Source: Candidatus Bathyarchaeota archaeon | GTDB taxonomy: Archaea > Thermoproteota > Bathyarchaeia > TCS64 | Assembly (NCBI GenBank): GCA_018396695.1 | Contig: JAGTQU010000005.1 | Span: forward strand, 421 to 64,420 | Direction of reading: 5' to 3' | Length of the DNA: 64,000 nucleotides | Part shown: positions 38,960 to 49,747 of the stretch, piece after piece | Numbering within the stretch: the stretch's first letter is position 1 | Layout of the letters: every line of letters starts with the position of its first letter | Position numbers and translations under genes: made by a program | The notes under the pieces: generated by a model | The model's database searches: none | What the model saw: only the letters and a program-made list of their open reading frames with translations | What the model was told of the DNA's origin: nothing

Positions 38960-39922
38960 CTATACGATTACGTTTTCAACGGTTTCTCCGCGCAACATTT
39001 TCACGACTCCTTCTGAGACTTGAACTGCCATACGTTTCATGGCTTCCAGGCTGCTCGCTGCTATATGGGGTGTGAGTATAACATTATCCATATGTAATAG
39101 GGGATTAGGAGGTTCTATCGGCTCCTCTTCGAAAACGTCGAGGGCTGCTCCTGCAATTCTACCCTCTCTTAAAGATTCGATTAAAGCCTTTTGATTAACT
39201 ATCTTCCCTCTGGCCGTATTGACGAGATAGGTTTCCTTCTTCATCAGTTTAAACTCTCTATGGGAGATCAAGTTCCTCGTCTCAGGTGTTAGAGGAACAT
39301 GAACCGTTATTATGTCACTTTCCCTTAAAAGATGGTCTAGATCAACTCTTTTAATGTGGAGCTCATCTGCGAAATTGCTCCTATCCAAAACATCGAAATA
39401 GGCCAGATTCGCTTTGAAAGCCTTCAAGCGATATGCTACCGCTGCTCCGATCCTCCCTAAGCCGATGATTCCAATAGTCTTACCCATGATCTCTGTGCCG
39501 ATAAGGTCTACATATTTTCTTGCCCATTCTCTTGATCGGACTGCTTTATCAGCGCTTACTATCCTACGAGTCAGAGCTAAAATGAGAGCTATAGTCATCT
39601 CCGCAACCGTATCCGTCAGCGCGGTCGGAGTATTGAAGATCCTCATACCGAGGCTCCTAGCCGCCTCAAGGTCGATATGATCGTAACCTACACCATGGAC
39701 TCCTATGACTTTCAGCTTTGGAGATGCATTCATAACTTCTTTAGTTATTTTCAAACCGCCCCTTGTTATTAGTGCATCAGTCTTGGAGACTATTCTAAGA
39801 AGATCTGCTTCAATCGAGTTTGGGGGCATCTCAACGACTTCGACACCCTCGCTTTTCAAATAGTTTATACCTGAAAGATGAATCGGTTCAGTAACTATAA
39901 CCGTAAATCTTGTTTTATCCAT
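38960..39922 (-). CDS. D-isomer-specific 2-hydroxyacid dehydrogenase (phosphoglycerate dehydrogenase/glyoxylate reductase family)
   Basis: GIIGLGRIGAAVA NAD-binding motif; catalytic R/E/H pattern. Confidence 0.8.
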   Translation of the reverse strand: MDKTRFTVIVTEPIHLSGINYLKSEGVEVVEMPPNSIEADLLRIVSKTDALITRGGLKITKEVMNASPKLKVIGVHGVGYDHIDLEAARSLGMRIFNTPTALTDTVAEMTIALILALTRRIVSADKAVRSREWARKYVDLIGTEIMGKTIGIIGLGRIGAAVAYRLKAFKANLAYFDVLDRSNFADELHIKRVDLDHLLRESDIITVHVPLTPETRNLISHREFKLMKKETYLVNTARGKIVNQKALIESLREGRIAGAALDVFEEEPIEPPNPLLHMDNVILTPHIAASSLEAMKRMAVQVSEGVVKMLRGETVENVIV

Positions 39923-40005
39923 ATTCAGATAATTAGATACACATAAAGTATTTAATAATAAGATAGGCTCATCACTATACGATTATAGACCTTCCATTTT
40001 CTCTT

Positions 40006-41145
40006 TTAATCATTTCTGTCAATAGTCTTTAGGTCTTTTCCTTTCTTTAGCTCTTTTTCGAGTTTTTCGCATAATATTTTGAAAGTATTTAAAATATCCC
40101 TGCCTTTAGCTTCAGCTATGTAGGTCTCTCCTGCACTTATAGTTTGAGCTATTATCTCATATCTAGTTTTTATCCCAAGAGCTTTCGTTCTTTTAATGTT
40201 TATTCTCACCTCTTCAACATGTGGATGAAGCCTTTGCGTACGCTTTAAAATGCGGCGAATACTTTCCTCAGCTAATTTTTTCTCCAGCAACTCTTGCGTT
40301 TCGAATCCAATCATATAAATTGGCGTCTCCTCCTCAGCTGTTAAAGTCAGAAGCGGTCTCATGATCTCTCTTGGAGTTACAATTCCAATTACTTTACGAT
40401 CCCCGTCTATAATGGTGCAAGCTCCTTTTTTTCGTTCCGATAGCCCACAAGCTATACTTCTCCAATGGGCGTTGACATCTGCAGTGAAAGGATGTTGATC
40501 CATAACTCTTCCCACTATTCCTGACAATTGTCCCCCCCTTTCCCAAGCAGCTCCTCCCATTAATGCTTCTTCTATATACATTAAGAAATGATTGATTATG
40601 ATCCCAGCTGTTATCATGCCTACTAGGCCTCCGTATTCTATGATGGGGATGTTACTGATTCCTTCCTGTAGCATTAGACTTCTCGCGACTGATATTCTCT
40701 CGTTAATATCTAGAGATGTGACAGGAGTCTTCATAAGCTCTCTAGCCTTTATGTCAGGTAGCTCTTCCACTCTGCAAATAGCTTCACATAGATTAACCTG
40801 AGTGAAACATCCGAGAACTTCATCCTCCTCCATAACTGGTACGGCTCTGACACCGATTTGATTCATCATTCGCACAGCGTCTAAAATTTTTTCATCCTTT
40901 GTAATGTAGCCTGTCACTCTCCATACATCTTTGAGTCTGGTTGCATCGGGTTGGGAGACTCGTAGCATATCACTTAACGTGACTATCCCAGCTTTTCTCC
41001 CAGATTTTACGACAGCTTCATATCTTTCAGATTTAATAAAATCTCTTATAACCTTTAATGCAAAATCCTCAACGCAATATACCTTCGAATTTTTATCGTA
41101 AAAATGACCAATCTTCGAGTTACACAGCTCAGCTAGATTCTTCAT
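40006..41145 (-). CDS. CBS-domain protein fused to C-terminal ribosome hibernation factor (HPF/RaiA, S30AE)-like domain
   Basis: Tandem CBS-like repeats in the N-terminal 280 aa. The C-terminal 90 aa (LAEESIRRILKRTQRLHPHVEEVRINIKRTKALGIKTRYEIIAQTISAGETYIAEAKGRDILNTFKILCEKLEKELKKGKD) aligns with the HPF/YfiA pattern. Confidence 0.55.
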   Translation of the reverse strand: MKNLAELCNSKIGHFYDKNSKVYCVEDFALKVIRDFIKSERYEAVVKSGRKAGIVTLSDMLRVSQPDATRLKDVWRVTGYITKDEKILDAVRMMNQIGVRAVPVMEEDEVLGCFTQVNLCEAICRVEELPDIKARELMKTPVTSLDINERISVARSLMLQEGISNIPIIEYGGLVGMITAGIIINHFLMYIEEALMGGAAWERGGQLSGIVGRVMDQHPFTADVNAHWRSIACGLSERKKGACTIIDGDRKVIGIVTPREIMRPLLTLTAEEETPIYMIGFETQELLEKKLAEESIRRILKRTQRLHPHVEEVRINIKRTKALGIKTRYEIIAQTISAGETYIAEAKGRDILNTFKILCEKLEKELKKGKDLKTIDRND

Positions 41146-41231
41146 TAAACCCTAATAATATTGAGCCAAGTTTAATAAATAGTTAAAATGGTTCAATAAA
41201 AAATTGATGGATTTTATGGCTTTTGAAGGCA

Positions 41232-42209
41232 TCAAATTTCTCTTCCGATGCCGTTTCTTTTCGCTATCTGATATACTTTGAACGCTGTTACAACGTCTTG
41301 GATGGCTAGTCCTGTCGCTTTATAAAGTGTAATCTCTTCATCACCTGTTCTTCCAAGCTTCTTTCCAGTCACTATCTCTCCAAGTTCAGCGTAAACATCT
41401 TCTTTTCTTATTGTACCCTCTTTTAGGGGGACTGAAAAGTCTCCTACTACAAAGGCTTGATCCCTGAAATCTACGACAATCTTGTTAACCTTCTTAAGGA
41501 CGCTTGTATCAATCTCCCTCTTAGAGGCTGTGTCTGCCCCGATAGCTGAGATATGGGTTCCCTTAGAAATCATTTCAGCCGTTAGAATCGGCTTAGTTGA
41601 TGGAGTACACGTTACAATTATATCTGAATTCTTAGCCACTTCGACAACGGATCCCACTGCCTCAACATCTATGCCTAACTCTCTAGACATATCCTCTACA
41701 AATAATTTAGATGCAGATGGCACCAAATCAAAGGCTTTAACTTTCTCAATTCTTCGAACGGAGCACATGGCTCTAAGGTTTGAGCGCCCTTGCACGCCTA
41801 AGCCTATGACTCCAGCTATTTTAGCATCTTTCCTAGCCAGGTACTTTATTCCTACAGCCCCAGCAGCACCAGTTCTCATTGCAGTAATATACGTGCCGTC
41901 CATGATGGCTAGAGGCTCACCTTTCTCAGGGTCATTTAATATGATCCTCGCGATTACTGCCGGGAGATCATGCTTTTTCGGGTTCTCAGGGTGGACTGTT
42001 ACAACCTTCAAACCTGCAGCGTCTATCGGTTTCAAGTAGGCTGGCATAGCGATTAAAACCCCGTTGTATTTCTCAAAATGCAAGTATACTCTGGGAGGCA
42101 TCTCAACGTTTCCTTGACCCATCGCTTTAAAGCTCTCCTCAACGGCTTCGATGGTGGAATCCATATCTAGAACGGATTTTACTTCATTCTGAGTCAGATA
42201 AAGCGTCAT
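41232..42209 (-). CDS. ornithine cyclodeaminase/mu-crystallin family protein (possibly archaeal alanine dehydrogenase)
   Basis: VIGLGVQGRSNLRAM Rossmann motif, OCD family length. Confidence 0.75.
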   Translation of the reverse strand: MTLYLTQNEVKSVLDMDSTIEAVEESFKAMGQGNVEMPPRVYLHFEKYNGVLIAMPAYLKPIDAAGLKVVTVHPENPKKHDLPAVIARIILNDPEKGEPLAIMDGTYITAMRTGAAGAVGIKYLARKDAKIAGVIGLGVQGRSNLRAMCSVRRIEKVKAFDLVPSASKLFVEDMSRELGIDVEAVGSVVEVAKNSDIIVTCTPSTKPILTAEMISKGTHISAIGADTASKREIDTSVLKKVNKIVVDFRDQAFVVGDFSVPLKEGTIRKEDVYAELGEIVTGKKLGRTGDEEITLYKATGLAIQDVVTAFKVYQIAKRNGIGREI

Positions 42210-42259
42210 ATCATAGTCGAATTGAAAAATAGCACTAATAAGCTATAACAGTTTCCTTC

Positions 42260-43021
42260 TCAAGGGGTTAATGGTTCCCCGCCTGTGAGAACTCTTAGAA
42301 GCTCCGAGTATAGCCAGCTAAAACCTTCATTGGATTTAGAGGAGACTGGTCCTGGAAAGAAATCGAGGCCGAGTCTATATATTATATCTAACATGTCGCT
42401 GCTGATCATTTTATTCGTCCCCGTGAGCCTTTCATCGATCGCTTTCTCGAGGAGCTCCGGATCTTCTGACCATCCTAATATTTCTTCAAGTTCCTCATCT
42501 TTGAGGAGGTCAGATCTTGATAGCACAGACACCTGTGGCAAAAGGAAGCGAGTATTGATCGCTGATGCTATGAACATGTTCATAACATAGTTTAAAGGGT
42601 CTCTACAATAGACTGAGTCAAAAAGGTAGATTATAGCCTTTGAATCTCCAATCATCCCTTCTGCAATCTTCGCTCCTGTATTTCTGAAGGCGAAGAGCTC
42701 CATCTGTCCAGGAGTGTCTATTATTGCCAAGTCCGCCCCGAAGCTATCGACTTCAAAAGCAAGCTTGTCGATTATGTCTATGAGCATATCGCAGGCTAGA
42801 ACCAACCCTCCGTTTGGTCCTAAAGAGTAGTTCTCCATTATCGCGTTAACTTGAATATAATCCCGAGCATCAACGCTGGCTGGGTAAGGAACAATGGTGG
42901 CACCAGGATCCAAGTTCACGGCTATAACATTTTCTCCCTGAAGTTGTAGCCAGTTTGTGAATGCGCCCGTGAGTTCAGATTTACCCGAGCCCGCAGTCCC
43001 CAGTATAAAAACGATGTTCAA
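42260..43021 (-). CDS. GPN-loop GTPase
   Basis: Walker A GTAGSGKS and LGPNGG GPN motif. Confidence 0.8.
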   Translation of the reverse strand: MNIVFILGTAGSGKSELTGAFTNWLQLQGENVIAVNLDPGATIVPYPASVDARDYIQVNAIMENYSLGPNGGLVLACDMLIDIIDKLAFEVDSFGADLAIIDTPGQMELFAFRNTGAKIAEGMIGDSKAIIYLFDSVYCRDPLNYVMNMFIASAINTRFLLPQVSVLSRSDLLKDEELEEILGWSEDPELLEKAIDERLTGTNKMISSDMLDIIYRLGLDFFPGPVSSKSNEGFSWLYSELLRVLTGGEPLTP

Positions 43022-43040
43022 TATTTTTCACGCTACGATA

Positions 43041-44060
43041 TTACTCGATGAATCGTTTAAACTCATTGTAGGCTTTGGATACTGTACACTTTTTAGGCGC
43101 ATTCTTAAACCCGTATGACGATATGGGGTGGATGACTCCTTTTAAACCTCTTTTTCGGGCGAGTTTTAATCCACGGATGGCATCTATCAGGATCGATCCA
43201 GCGTTAGGTGCGTCAATGGTGCTTAACTTAACGTCCATTGTGAATGACGCTCCACTGAAATATCTTCCTTTAAACCAAAAGAAACTATCTCTTTGATTAT
43301 TCATAAAATCAACATAATCTGTTGATCCTGAAACAAGTGGGAAACTATATGATACTGATTTTGACACAGCTTCGGTTTTTATCTTTCTTTTAAGGTCTCT
43401 CGTCTTCTCGAAAGTACTCCTCGATTCTGCGCCACCACCTACATCTAACTGGTAACTTTCGTCTATCCTTACACCTCTGGAGTTTAAGAATTCAAGGATG
43501 CCCATATGTAATGCCGTAGCCCCTATCTGATCTAAAAGATCATCTCCGACAAGGGGAAGTCCACGATCTTCGAAGAGTTTTACGAGTGTGGTGTCGCATG
43601 CAATGATCGCTGGCGTAGCGTTTAAGAAACTGCAATCAGCTTCAAGTGCAGCTTCAGCGTAAAGTCTTGAAGATTTATGAGCGCTTCCTGAGATTAAATT
43701 CAATAGAATCTCCGCATCACTTTCAACTAATTTATTTACTACATTGCTACGTGCAGTCTCAATATTTCTCCCGGACTCTCCATCTACCCCCTCTGTAACT
43801 TTGACATCGAGTTTTGGGAGTTCTCTAATTTTTGGAGCAGTGTTAAGGGGAGAAAAGATGGATTCTGAAAGGTCTCTACCAATTTTTGAAGGCTCGATAT
43901 CGAAGGCTGCGACAAACTCTATATCCTTTGCTTTGAACCCGCCTACCGTTTCATGAACAAGCCCAAGAGAGTCCCAATGTTCACGATAATAATGAACTCC
44001 CTGGATTAGAGCAGAGCAGCAATTTCCGACCCCAGTTACAGCTACTTTTATTGAACCCAA
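43041..44060 (-). CDS. myo-inositol-1-phosphate synthase (archaeal type)
   Basis: VAVTGVGNCCSALIQG N-terminus; family pattern. Confidence 0.75.
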   Translation of the reverse strand: MGSIKVAVTGVGNCCSALIQGVHYYREHWDSLGLVHETVGGFKAKDIEFVAAFDIEPSKIGRDLSESIFSPLNTAPKIRELPKLDVKVTEGVDGESGRNIETARSNVVNKLVESDAEILLNLISGSAHKSSRLYAEAALEADCSFLNATPAIIACDTTLVKLFEDRGLPLVGDDLLDQIGATALHMGILEFLNSRGVRIDESYQLDVGGGAESRSTFEKTRDLKRKIKTEAVSKSVSYSFPLVSGSTDYVDFMNNQRDSFFWFKGRYFSGASFTMDVKLSTIDAPNAGSILIDAIRGLKLARKRGLKGVIHPISSYGFKNAPKKCTVSKAYNEFKRFIE

Positions 44061-44146
44061 TTCATGATCACCCTAAGTCTTTAGGCATTGGTATTTAATT
44101 TTAACCTAACTAGAATAAACCTAATTAACGATCTGAGGTTTAATAA

Positions 44147-44611
44147 CTAAAGAGTTTTGCTCATTATCAAAGCGTCCTCGCCAGGATAGTAAGCTTTGAC
44201 CCGACCGATCTCTTGGTACCCTCTATTAAGATAGAAATGTATCGCCGAGAGATCAGACTCCCTGACTTCAAGGGTTACTTTCGAAGCTCCACTCTTTTTA
44301 AACTTCTCCTCTATTTCTTCCATTAATTGAGTACCGATGCCCATCCGCCTTGTAGTCTTTTTTACCGCTATGTTAAGTACATGCCCTACTTTGAATTTAT
44401 GCGATATTCCACTGAACATGATTTCTCTAATTTCTCCTATGACGAAACCAAATATCATCTCTCCTTGAACGGCTACTAGAAAAAGGTCTGGCGCTTTTTG
44501 ATGCATATAAATAAAAAAGTGTCTCGGCCAAGCATCGTCGAATGATTCTTTCTCAATTGAAAGTACAGGTTCAATATCCTTTGCTGTGAATGTTCTTATG
44601 TGAATAGACAA
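44147..44611 (-). CDS. GNAT N-acetyltransferase (RimI-like)
   Basis: RRMGIGTQLM acetyl-CoA binding motif. Confidence 0.75.
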   Translation of the reverse strand: MSIHIRTFTAKDIEPVLSIEKESFDDAWPRHFFIYMHQKAPDLFLVAVQGEMIFGFVIGEIREIMFSGISHKFKVGHVLNIAVKKTTRRMGIGTQLMEEIEEKFKKSGASKVTLEVRESDLSAIHFYLNRGYQEIGRVKAYYPGEDALIMSKTL

Positions 44612-45062
44612 AAGGGCCTCAATATTTTAACAATCTATGATGTCTATAAAATTTGTTTTTTCTCACTGAAATTGAATAGTCTTTCCGAGTTAGGAGAAGT
44701 TAATAACTTAGATAATATGCTGAAGAAGAGATGGCGTAGTCTTAGATAAAATGAAAATTTTATTTCGACTTCAGGCTTCACGACTTTTATTCGCGTCTCT
44801 CTAATCCGTTAAAGGATATAATCTAATTCACAAATCCCTTATAACCTTGTCTTATGGAGTAGTTATAGCGGCAGCTTTCGAAGCCATAATTTTAAGCTCT
44901 ACCAAGCATTCCCTCCAGATCCGCATTAGATGGTTCACGATATCTGAATAGCCTCTAGCATATTCCGTCTCCTCGTCTTAAAATGCTTTAAAAGCGTTTT
45001 GAGACCAACTTGAAACCGAATTATTGAAAATTCATAAATGTTAAGATGCTGTCTGAATTATC

Positions 45063-46067
45063 ATGCTTCGACTCGGGATCGTAGGGTGTGGCAGAGTCAC
45101 TACAATGTTCCACTTAAGAGCGATCAAGGAGACTGGAGAGCTAAGTTCTTTTGCTGTGATGGATCGAAACGAATCAAACATGTATAGAGTTAAAAAAATG
45201 TGTGGGGCTGAGAGGTGTTACTCTAGTTTCCACCAGTTGCTAATGGATGCAGAAGTCGATGCTCTAGTGATTAATACTCCTCCTGAATTTCATGAAGGCA
45301 TGGTTTTAGATGCTCTTAAAGCAGGCAAACATGTCCTCTGCGAGAAGCCTTTAGCTACAAGCGTTGAAGGCGGTTTAAGGATTAAGGAGGAGTCCGAGAA
45401 GTCTGGCTTAACAGTTATGACGGTGCATAACTATTCTTTCACACCCTGTCTTGGAGAAATTGAATCGCAGATCCGTTCAGGAATCTTAGGCGATATCCAA
45501 AAAATTTGTATAAAGTTTGAGACGAATCTTAGAAATTATGGCGCTAAGACTGATTTTCGATTGAAGAAAGAGTTTGGAATAGTTGAAGATGTTCTCCCTC
45601 ATATTCTTTCCTGTACGCATAAGATTGCAGGAGGCTCCGTGAGAGTTTTAGACGGAGACCCAGCAAAAAGATCCTTCAGAGTTGTTGACAACTTAAATCT
45701 GATTATGGAAACTGACAAAGGAGTGGAAATCGATTCATTTATGAGTTGGACGAAAGTTATTCCAACCTTCAAGATGAGCTTTAAAGGAACTTGTGGAAGC
45801 ATAACTACTGATTTGATCAGGATGCCCTTTGGATATAAAATAGAAATTGGTGGAGAGAGGAAAGAAGTGTTTGGGAAAAAGGGTCTAAAAGTTTACTTAG
45901 ACCTTTTGAGGTTTAGACATCCAGGATTTGTAAACCAATACTCGCATTTTAGAAAAGTTATCATGAAAAATGAAACCCCCAGGTTTACTATGGATGATGA
46001 GATAACTATGATAAAAATGATGCAGAATGCCCTTCATTATTTAACTAGAAACAATGGACTGGGATAG
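45063..46067 (+). CDS. Gfo/Idh/MocA family oxidoreductase
   Basis: N-terminal LRLGIVGCGRV Rossmann, EKP motif (CEKPLA). Confidence 0.75.
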   Translation: MLRLGIVGCGRVTTMFHLRAIKETGELSSFAVMDRNESNMYRVKKMCGAERCYSSFHQLLMDAEVDALVINTPPEFHEGMVLDALKAGKHVLCEKPLATSVEGGLRIKEESEKSGLTVMTVHNYSFTPCLGEIESQIRSGILGDIQKICIKFETNLRNYGAKTDFRLKKEFGIVEDVLPHILSCTHKIAGGSVRVLDGDPAKRSFRVVDNLNLIMETDKGVEIDSFMSWTKVIPTFKMSFKGTCGSITTDLIRMPFGYKIEIGGERKEVFGKKGLKVYLDLLRFRHPGFVNQYSHFRKVIMKNETPRFTMDDEITMIKMMQNALHYLTRNNGLG

Positions 46068-46075
46068 TGGTTTAA

Positions 46076-46945
46076 TTGAAAGTTGCGATAGTCAAGGTAG
46101 TTGGAGACGTATCTGAAGCGATCATTAATGCAGTCAATCTTATAGGCGGTCTCAATCTCGAAAAAGGAGCGCGAGTCGTCATAAAACCGAATGTTTGTAG
46201 CTCGAAAAATCCTTATAGGATGGTTATAACTGATTTAAGCGTCTTAGAGGCTGTCATAAGGTTAATCAAAACTATGACTAGCAACATAGTCGTGGTAGAG
46301 TCTGACAATATCTCTGGTGATGCCGAGAGAAGGATTAAAGACTCGGGTGTTTCAGATCTGGTTAGGTCTCTGGATGTAGACTTCTTTAACCTAAGTAAAG
46401 ATGACTATGAAACTTATTCATTTTCAGGTATTGAGATTAGGTTGCCGAAGACTGTTCTTGAAGCCGATTATTTCATAAATTTGCCGAAAATGAAGACTGA
46501 GGGACATGTTTTAGTCACCCTATCAATGAAAAATCTTTTAGGAGTTCTGCAGAGGAAAAAGAAGAGTGTTTTACACAAACATCTAGATGGTCTTCTCCCT
46601 TTTCTAGCCCAGAAGATAAGAAACGATCTAATAATAGTTGATGGAATAGTGGCTATGGAGGGGAATGGACCACTGATAGGAACTCCGAAAAAACTTGATT
46701 TAATTATTGCAGGGACTAATCCGGTTTCAGTTGACTCTGTATGTTGCAGGTTGATGGGGTTTGAGCCTAAAGAGGTGAAACATATTATTAATGCTGAAAA
46801 GATGGGTATTGGAGAATCTAGTTTAAAAAACATTGAATTGGTAGGAGACATTCACGAGTTTAGATCATATAACTTTGAAAAACCATACTCTCTAAGAGCC
46901 TCAATTAAATCAATTAAATCTTTGAGAGAGATCTATCTCAGATGA
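46076..46945 (+). CDS. DUF362 domain protein
   Basis: VAIVKV...ARVVIKPN DUF362 N-terminal pattern. Confidence 0.55.
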   Translation: MKVAIVKVVGDVSEAIINAVNLIGGLNLEKGARVVIKPNVCSSKNPYRMVITDLSVLEAVIRLIKTMTSNIVVVESDNISGDAERRIKDSGVSDLVRSLDVDFFNLSKDDYETYSFSGIEIRLPKTVLEADYFINLPKMKTEGHVLVTLSMKNLLGVLQRKKKSVLHKHLDGLLPFLAQKIRNDLIIVDGIVAMEGNGPLIGTPKKLDLIIAGTNPVSVDSVCCRLMGFEPKEVKHIINAEKMGIGESSLKNIELVGDIHEFRSYNFEKPYSLRASIKSIKSLREIYLR

Positions 46946-47075
46946 TCAATCCCGAAGGACGAGAAGATTAAAAAGAAAAATACGACAATTGACGATTTTT
47001 ACTACGACCAAAGTCGAATTATTTAAATAGTTTTTTGATACGTTCAATTCAGTCTATTCTGGTGAATGTTGAGGC

Positions 47076-48116
47076 ATGAAGACGAATTCAACAGTCGGGA
47101 TCTTGGGTTACGGAGCTTACGTTCCTATGAATAGGCTGAAAGGCTCAGAAATATGTCGCATATGGGGCGGATACGAATCTCCGATTGAAGAAAAAGCAGT
47201 CGCAAATATGGATGAAGACGCTGTGACAATCTCTGTGGAATGTGCGAAATATGCCTTGAAAAGAGCGAACATAAACCCAGAAGAGATAGGGGCAGTATAT
47301 GTCGGAACCGAGTCTAAACCATATGCAGTAAAACCCTGCGGTTCCATTGTTGCTGAGGCAATCGGTGCAACCCCCAAAGTCACAGCAGCGGATTATGAGT
47401 TTGCGTGCAAAGCGGGGACAGAAGCCTTCCAAACCTGTATAGGTCTAGTCTCAAGCGGGATGGTGAAGTATGCAATGGCTATTGGAGCTGATACGGCTCA
47501 AGGAAGACCCGCTGACGCTCTCGAATATACTGTGGCGTGCGGGGGAGCCGCCTTCATTTTCGGGCTAAAATCAAACAGTACTATTGCATATCTTGAAGGA
47601 TCTTATTCTTTCGTTACTGATACGCCGGATTTCTGGAGAAGGGGTCTGGAGATGTATCCCCGACACGGTAATAGATTCACAGGCGACCCCGCCTATTTCT
47701 ACCATATAATAGGCGCTGCTAAAGGTCTGATGGGTGAGCTAGGATATAACCCGAGTGATTTCACTTATGCTGTCTTCCATCAGCCGAATGTCAAATTTCC
47801 AATAAAAGTCGCTCGAACCCTCGGTTTCACCATGGATGCTTTAAAACCTGGTCTAGTTGTCCCATTAGTCGGGAATACCTATGCTGGTTCAACTCCATTA
47901 GGGTTAGCCTCAACTCTTGATTTTGCTAATCCAGGAGATAGAATCTTAGTGGTATCATATGGGTCTGGAGCTGGAAGCGACGCTTTCAGTTTTGTCGTTC
48001 AAGATGCGATAACCAGGGATCGGGATCTTGATCCTCCAGTCTCAAGATTCATAAATCGAAAACGGTACATTGACTATTCAACATACGTTAAAATTAGGGG
48101 AAAGATCATTAGATGA
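47076..48116 (+). CDS. hydroxymethylglutaryl-CoA synthase (archaeal)
   Basis: Thiolase-fold, catalytic Cys in ACKAGTEA, clustered with thiolase and DUF35. Confidence 0.85.
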   Translation: MKTNSTVGILGYGAYVPMNRLKGSEICRIWGGYESPIEEKAVANMDEDAVTISVECAKYALKRANINPEEIGAVYVGTESKPYAVKPCGSIVAEAIGATPKVTAADYEFACKAGTEAFQTCIGLVSSGMVKYAMAIGADTAQGRPADALEYTVACGGAAFIFGLKSNSTIAYLEGSYSFVTDTPDFWRRGLEMYPRHGNRFTGDPAYFYHIIGAAKGLMGELGYNPSDFTYAVFHQPNVKFPIKVARTLGFTMDALKPGLVVPLVGNTYAGSTPLGLASTLDFANPGDRILVVSYGSGAGSDAFSFVVQDAITRDRDLDPPVSRFINRKRYIDYSTYVKIRGKIIR

Positions 48117-49255
48117 GACGAGTTGCAGTAGCCGGTATCGGTCTGACACCGATAAGTGAGCATTGGGATAAATCTCTCGTAGATTTAGCTGTCGAATCTT
48201 CGTGTAGAGCCATAGATGACTCTGGCTCACTCAATTTTGATACTCTTTACGTCGCAAATGTTGGATCTGCATTCATACAAAGGCAGCAAAATCTTGGTTC
48301 GATGATCTCTGACGCCCTCGGGATTAAAGGTATAAATTCACTGAGCATTGAAGCGTCTTCTGCGAGTGGGGGATTCGCTTTTAACGAGGCTGTGCGCGCT
48401 GTTGCGTCAGGAGTTTCCGATTCGGTCTTAGTCATCGGGGTTGAAAAGATGAGCGACGCATTACCAGAAGAAGTTGCTTCGACTCTAGCAATGTCTGAAG
48501 ACCAGGAATATATCGCATATACTGGAATAACTAACTTCGGACTTAATGCATTGATCCATAGATTCTATATGGAATGTTATGGTGTAACTGCTTCCGATAT
48601 TGCGATGTTTGCTGTGAGGTGCCATGAACATGCTGAAGGGTGTAATCATGCGCAGTATCCTTTTAAGATAAGCGTTGATAGGGTTCTTACATCTCCCATG
48701 GAGTCTGATCCGATTCACGCTCTCGAATGCTCTGGGATCGGTGATGGTGCTGCTGCGGTTATACTGAAGCCCTTTGAAGGGAAGGATAGAGAAGTAGAGG
48801 TGCTAGCCACAGCCACCTCAACAGATATTTTCCACCTTACTCAGAGACGAGACATCACCACGTTAAACGCTGTATGTTCAGCCGCTGAAAAAGCATTCAG
48901 AACCGCGGGCATCTCAAGGAAAGAAGTAGACCTATTAGAACTTCACGACGATTCTACTATAATGGGGGTTCTCTCACTAGAAGACCTAGGCTTCGCTGAG
49001 AAGGGTAAAGGCAGTACTCTAGTGGTCAGTGGAGTTACTTCTAGAACTGGAGAATTGCCGACTAATACTTTCGGAGGTTTAAAGGCTCGAGGAAATCCAA
49101 TCGGTGCTACAGGCATCTACCAAATATCTGAACTTGTAATGCAGCTTCGCGGAGAAGCAGGTAAATGCCAAATAGAAAATGCGAGAGTCGGGCTAGCTGA
49201 AAACCTTGGCGGCGTTGGTTCTTCATGTTCAGTAGCTATACTTAGGAGGCTTTAG
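48113..49255 (+). CDS. acetyl-CoA C-acetyltransferase (archaeal thiolase)
   Basis: Thiolase fold; overlaps HMGCS stop; followed by DUF35. Confidence 0.85.
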   Translation: MRRVAVAGIGLTPISEHWDKSLVDLAVESSCRAIDDSGSLNFDTLYVANVGSAFIQRQQNLGSMISDALGIKGINSLSIEASSASGGFAFNEAVRAVASGVSDSVLVIGVEKMSDALPEEVASTLAMSEDQEYIAYTGITNFGLNALIHRFYMECYGVTASDIAMFAVRCHEHAEGCNHAQYPFKISVDRVLTSPMESDPIHALECSGIGDGAAAVILKPFEGKDREVEVLATATSTDIFHLTQRRDITTLNAVCSAAEKAFRTAGISRKEVDLLELHDDSTIMGVLSLEDLGFAEKGKGSTLVVSGVTSRTGELPTNTFGGLKARGNPIGATGIYQISELVMQLRGEAGKCQIENARVGLAENLGGVGSSCSVAILRRL

Positions 49256-49256
49256 A

Positions 49257-49652
49257 TTGAGTGTACCAAGATATTGGAGAGAAGAAAAGTATCGGTATAG
49301 GCTTATTGGAAGTAGGTGCTCAAAATGTGGAGAGATCTTCTTCCCGAGGAGACTAGTCTGCTCGAAATGTCGTTCGAGGCAACTTAGAGATTACAAGTTA
49401 AGTGAAAAAGGTCGAATAGTTTCATGGACGATTATAAGGAACCCGCCTAAAGAGTATGAAAAATATGCTCCATATGCTGTGGGATTAATAGAACTCGATG
49501 ACGGACTTAAGATAATTTCTCAGCTAGTAGATCTTGAACCAGAAGAGATTAAAACCGGGATGAGAGTCGAGGCAACTTTTAGGAAGATACGGGAGGAAGG
49601 GTCTTCGGGAATCATTGAGTATGGGTATAAATTTAGACCTGTAATCGAATAG
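49257..49652 (+). CDS. DUF35 OB-fold/zinc-ribbon scaffold protein of the thiolase/HMGCS complex
   Basis: CSKCGEIFFPRRLVCSKC ribbon plus OB-fold. Confidence 0.8.
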   Translation: MSVPRYWREEKYRYRLIGSRCSKCGEIFFPRRLVCSKCRSRQLRDYKLSEKGRIVSWTIIRNPPKEYEKYAPYAVGLIELDDGLKIISQLVDLEPEEIKTGMRVEATFRKIREEGSSGIIEYGYKFRPVIE

Positions 49653-49747
49653 GAAAAGATGATTTGGTCCTGATAAGGTGCTCTCAGGCTTGAAAGAGTT
49701 GACATCTTTATAAGCGCAAATATTTTCATTAGCTCTTAAGCTGCTAA

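Noticed and set aside
41150-41231. GGCATC-13 nt-GATGCC hairpin followed by T-rich run between the OCD-family gene and the CBS-HPF gene
   Set aside because: It is probably an ordinary intergenic terminator or stem-loop. It is mentioned only for completeness.
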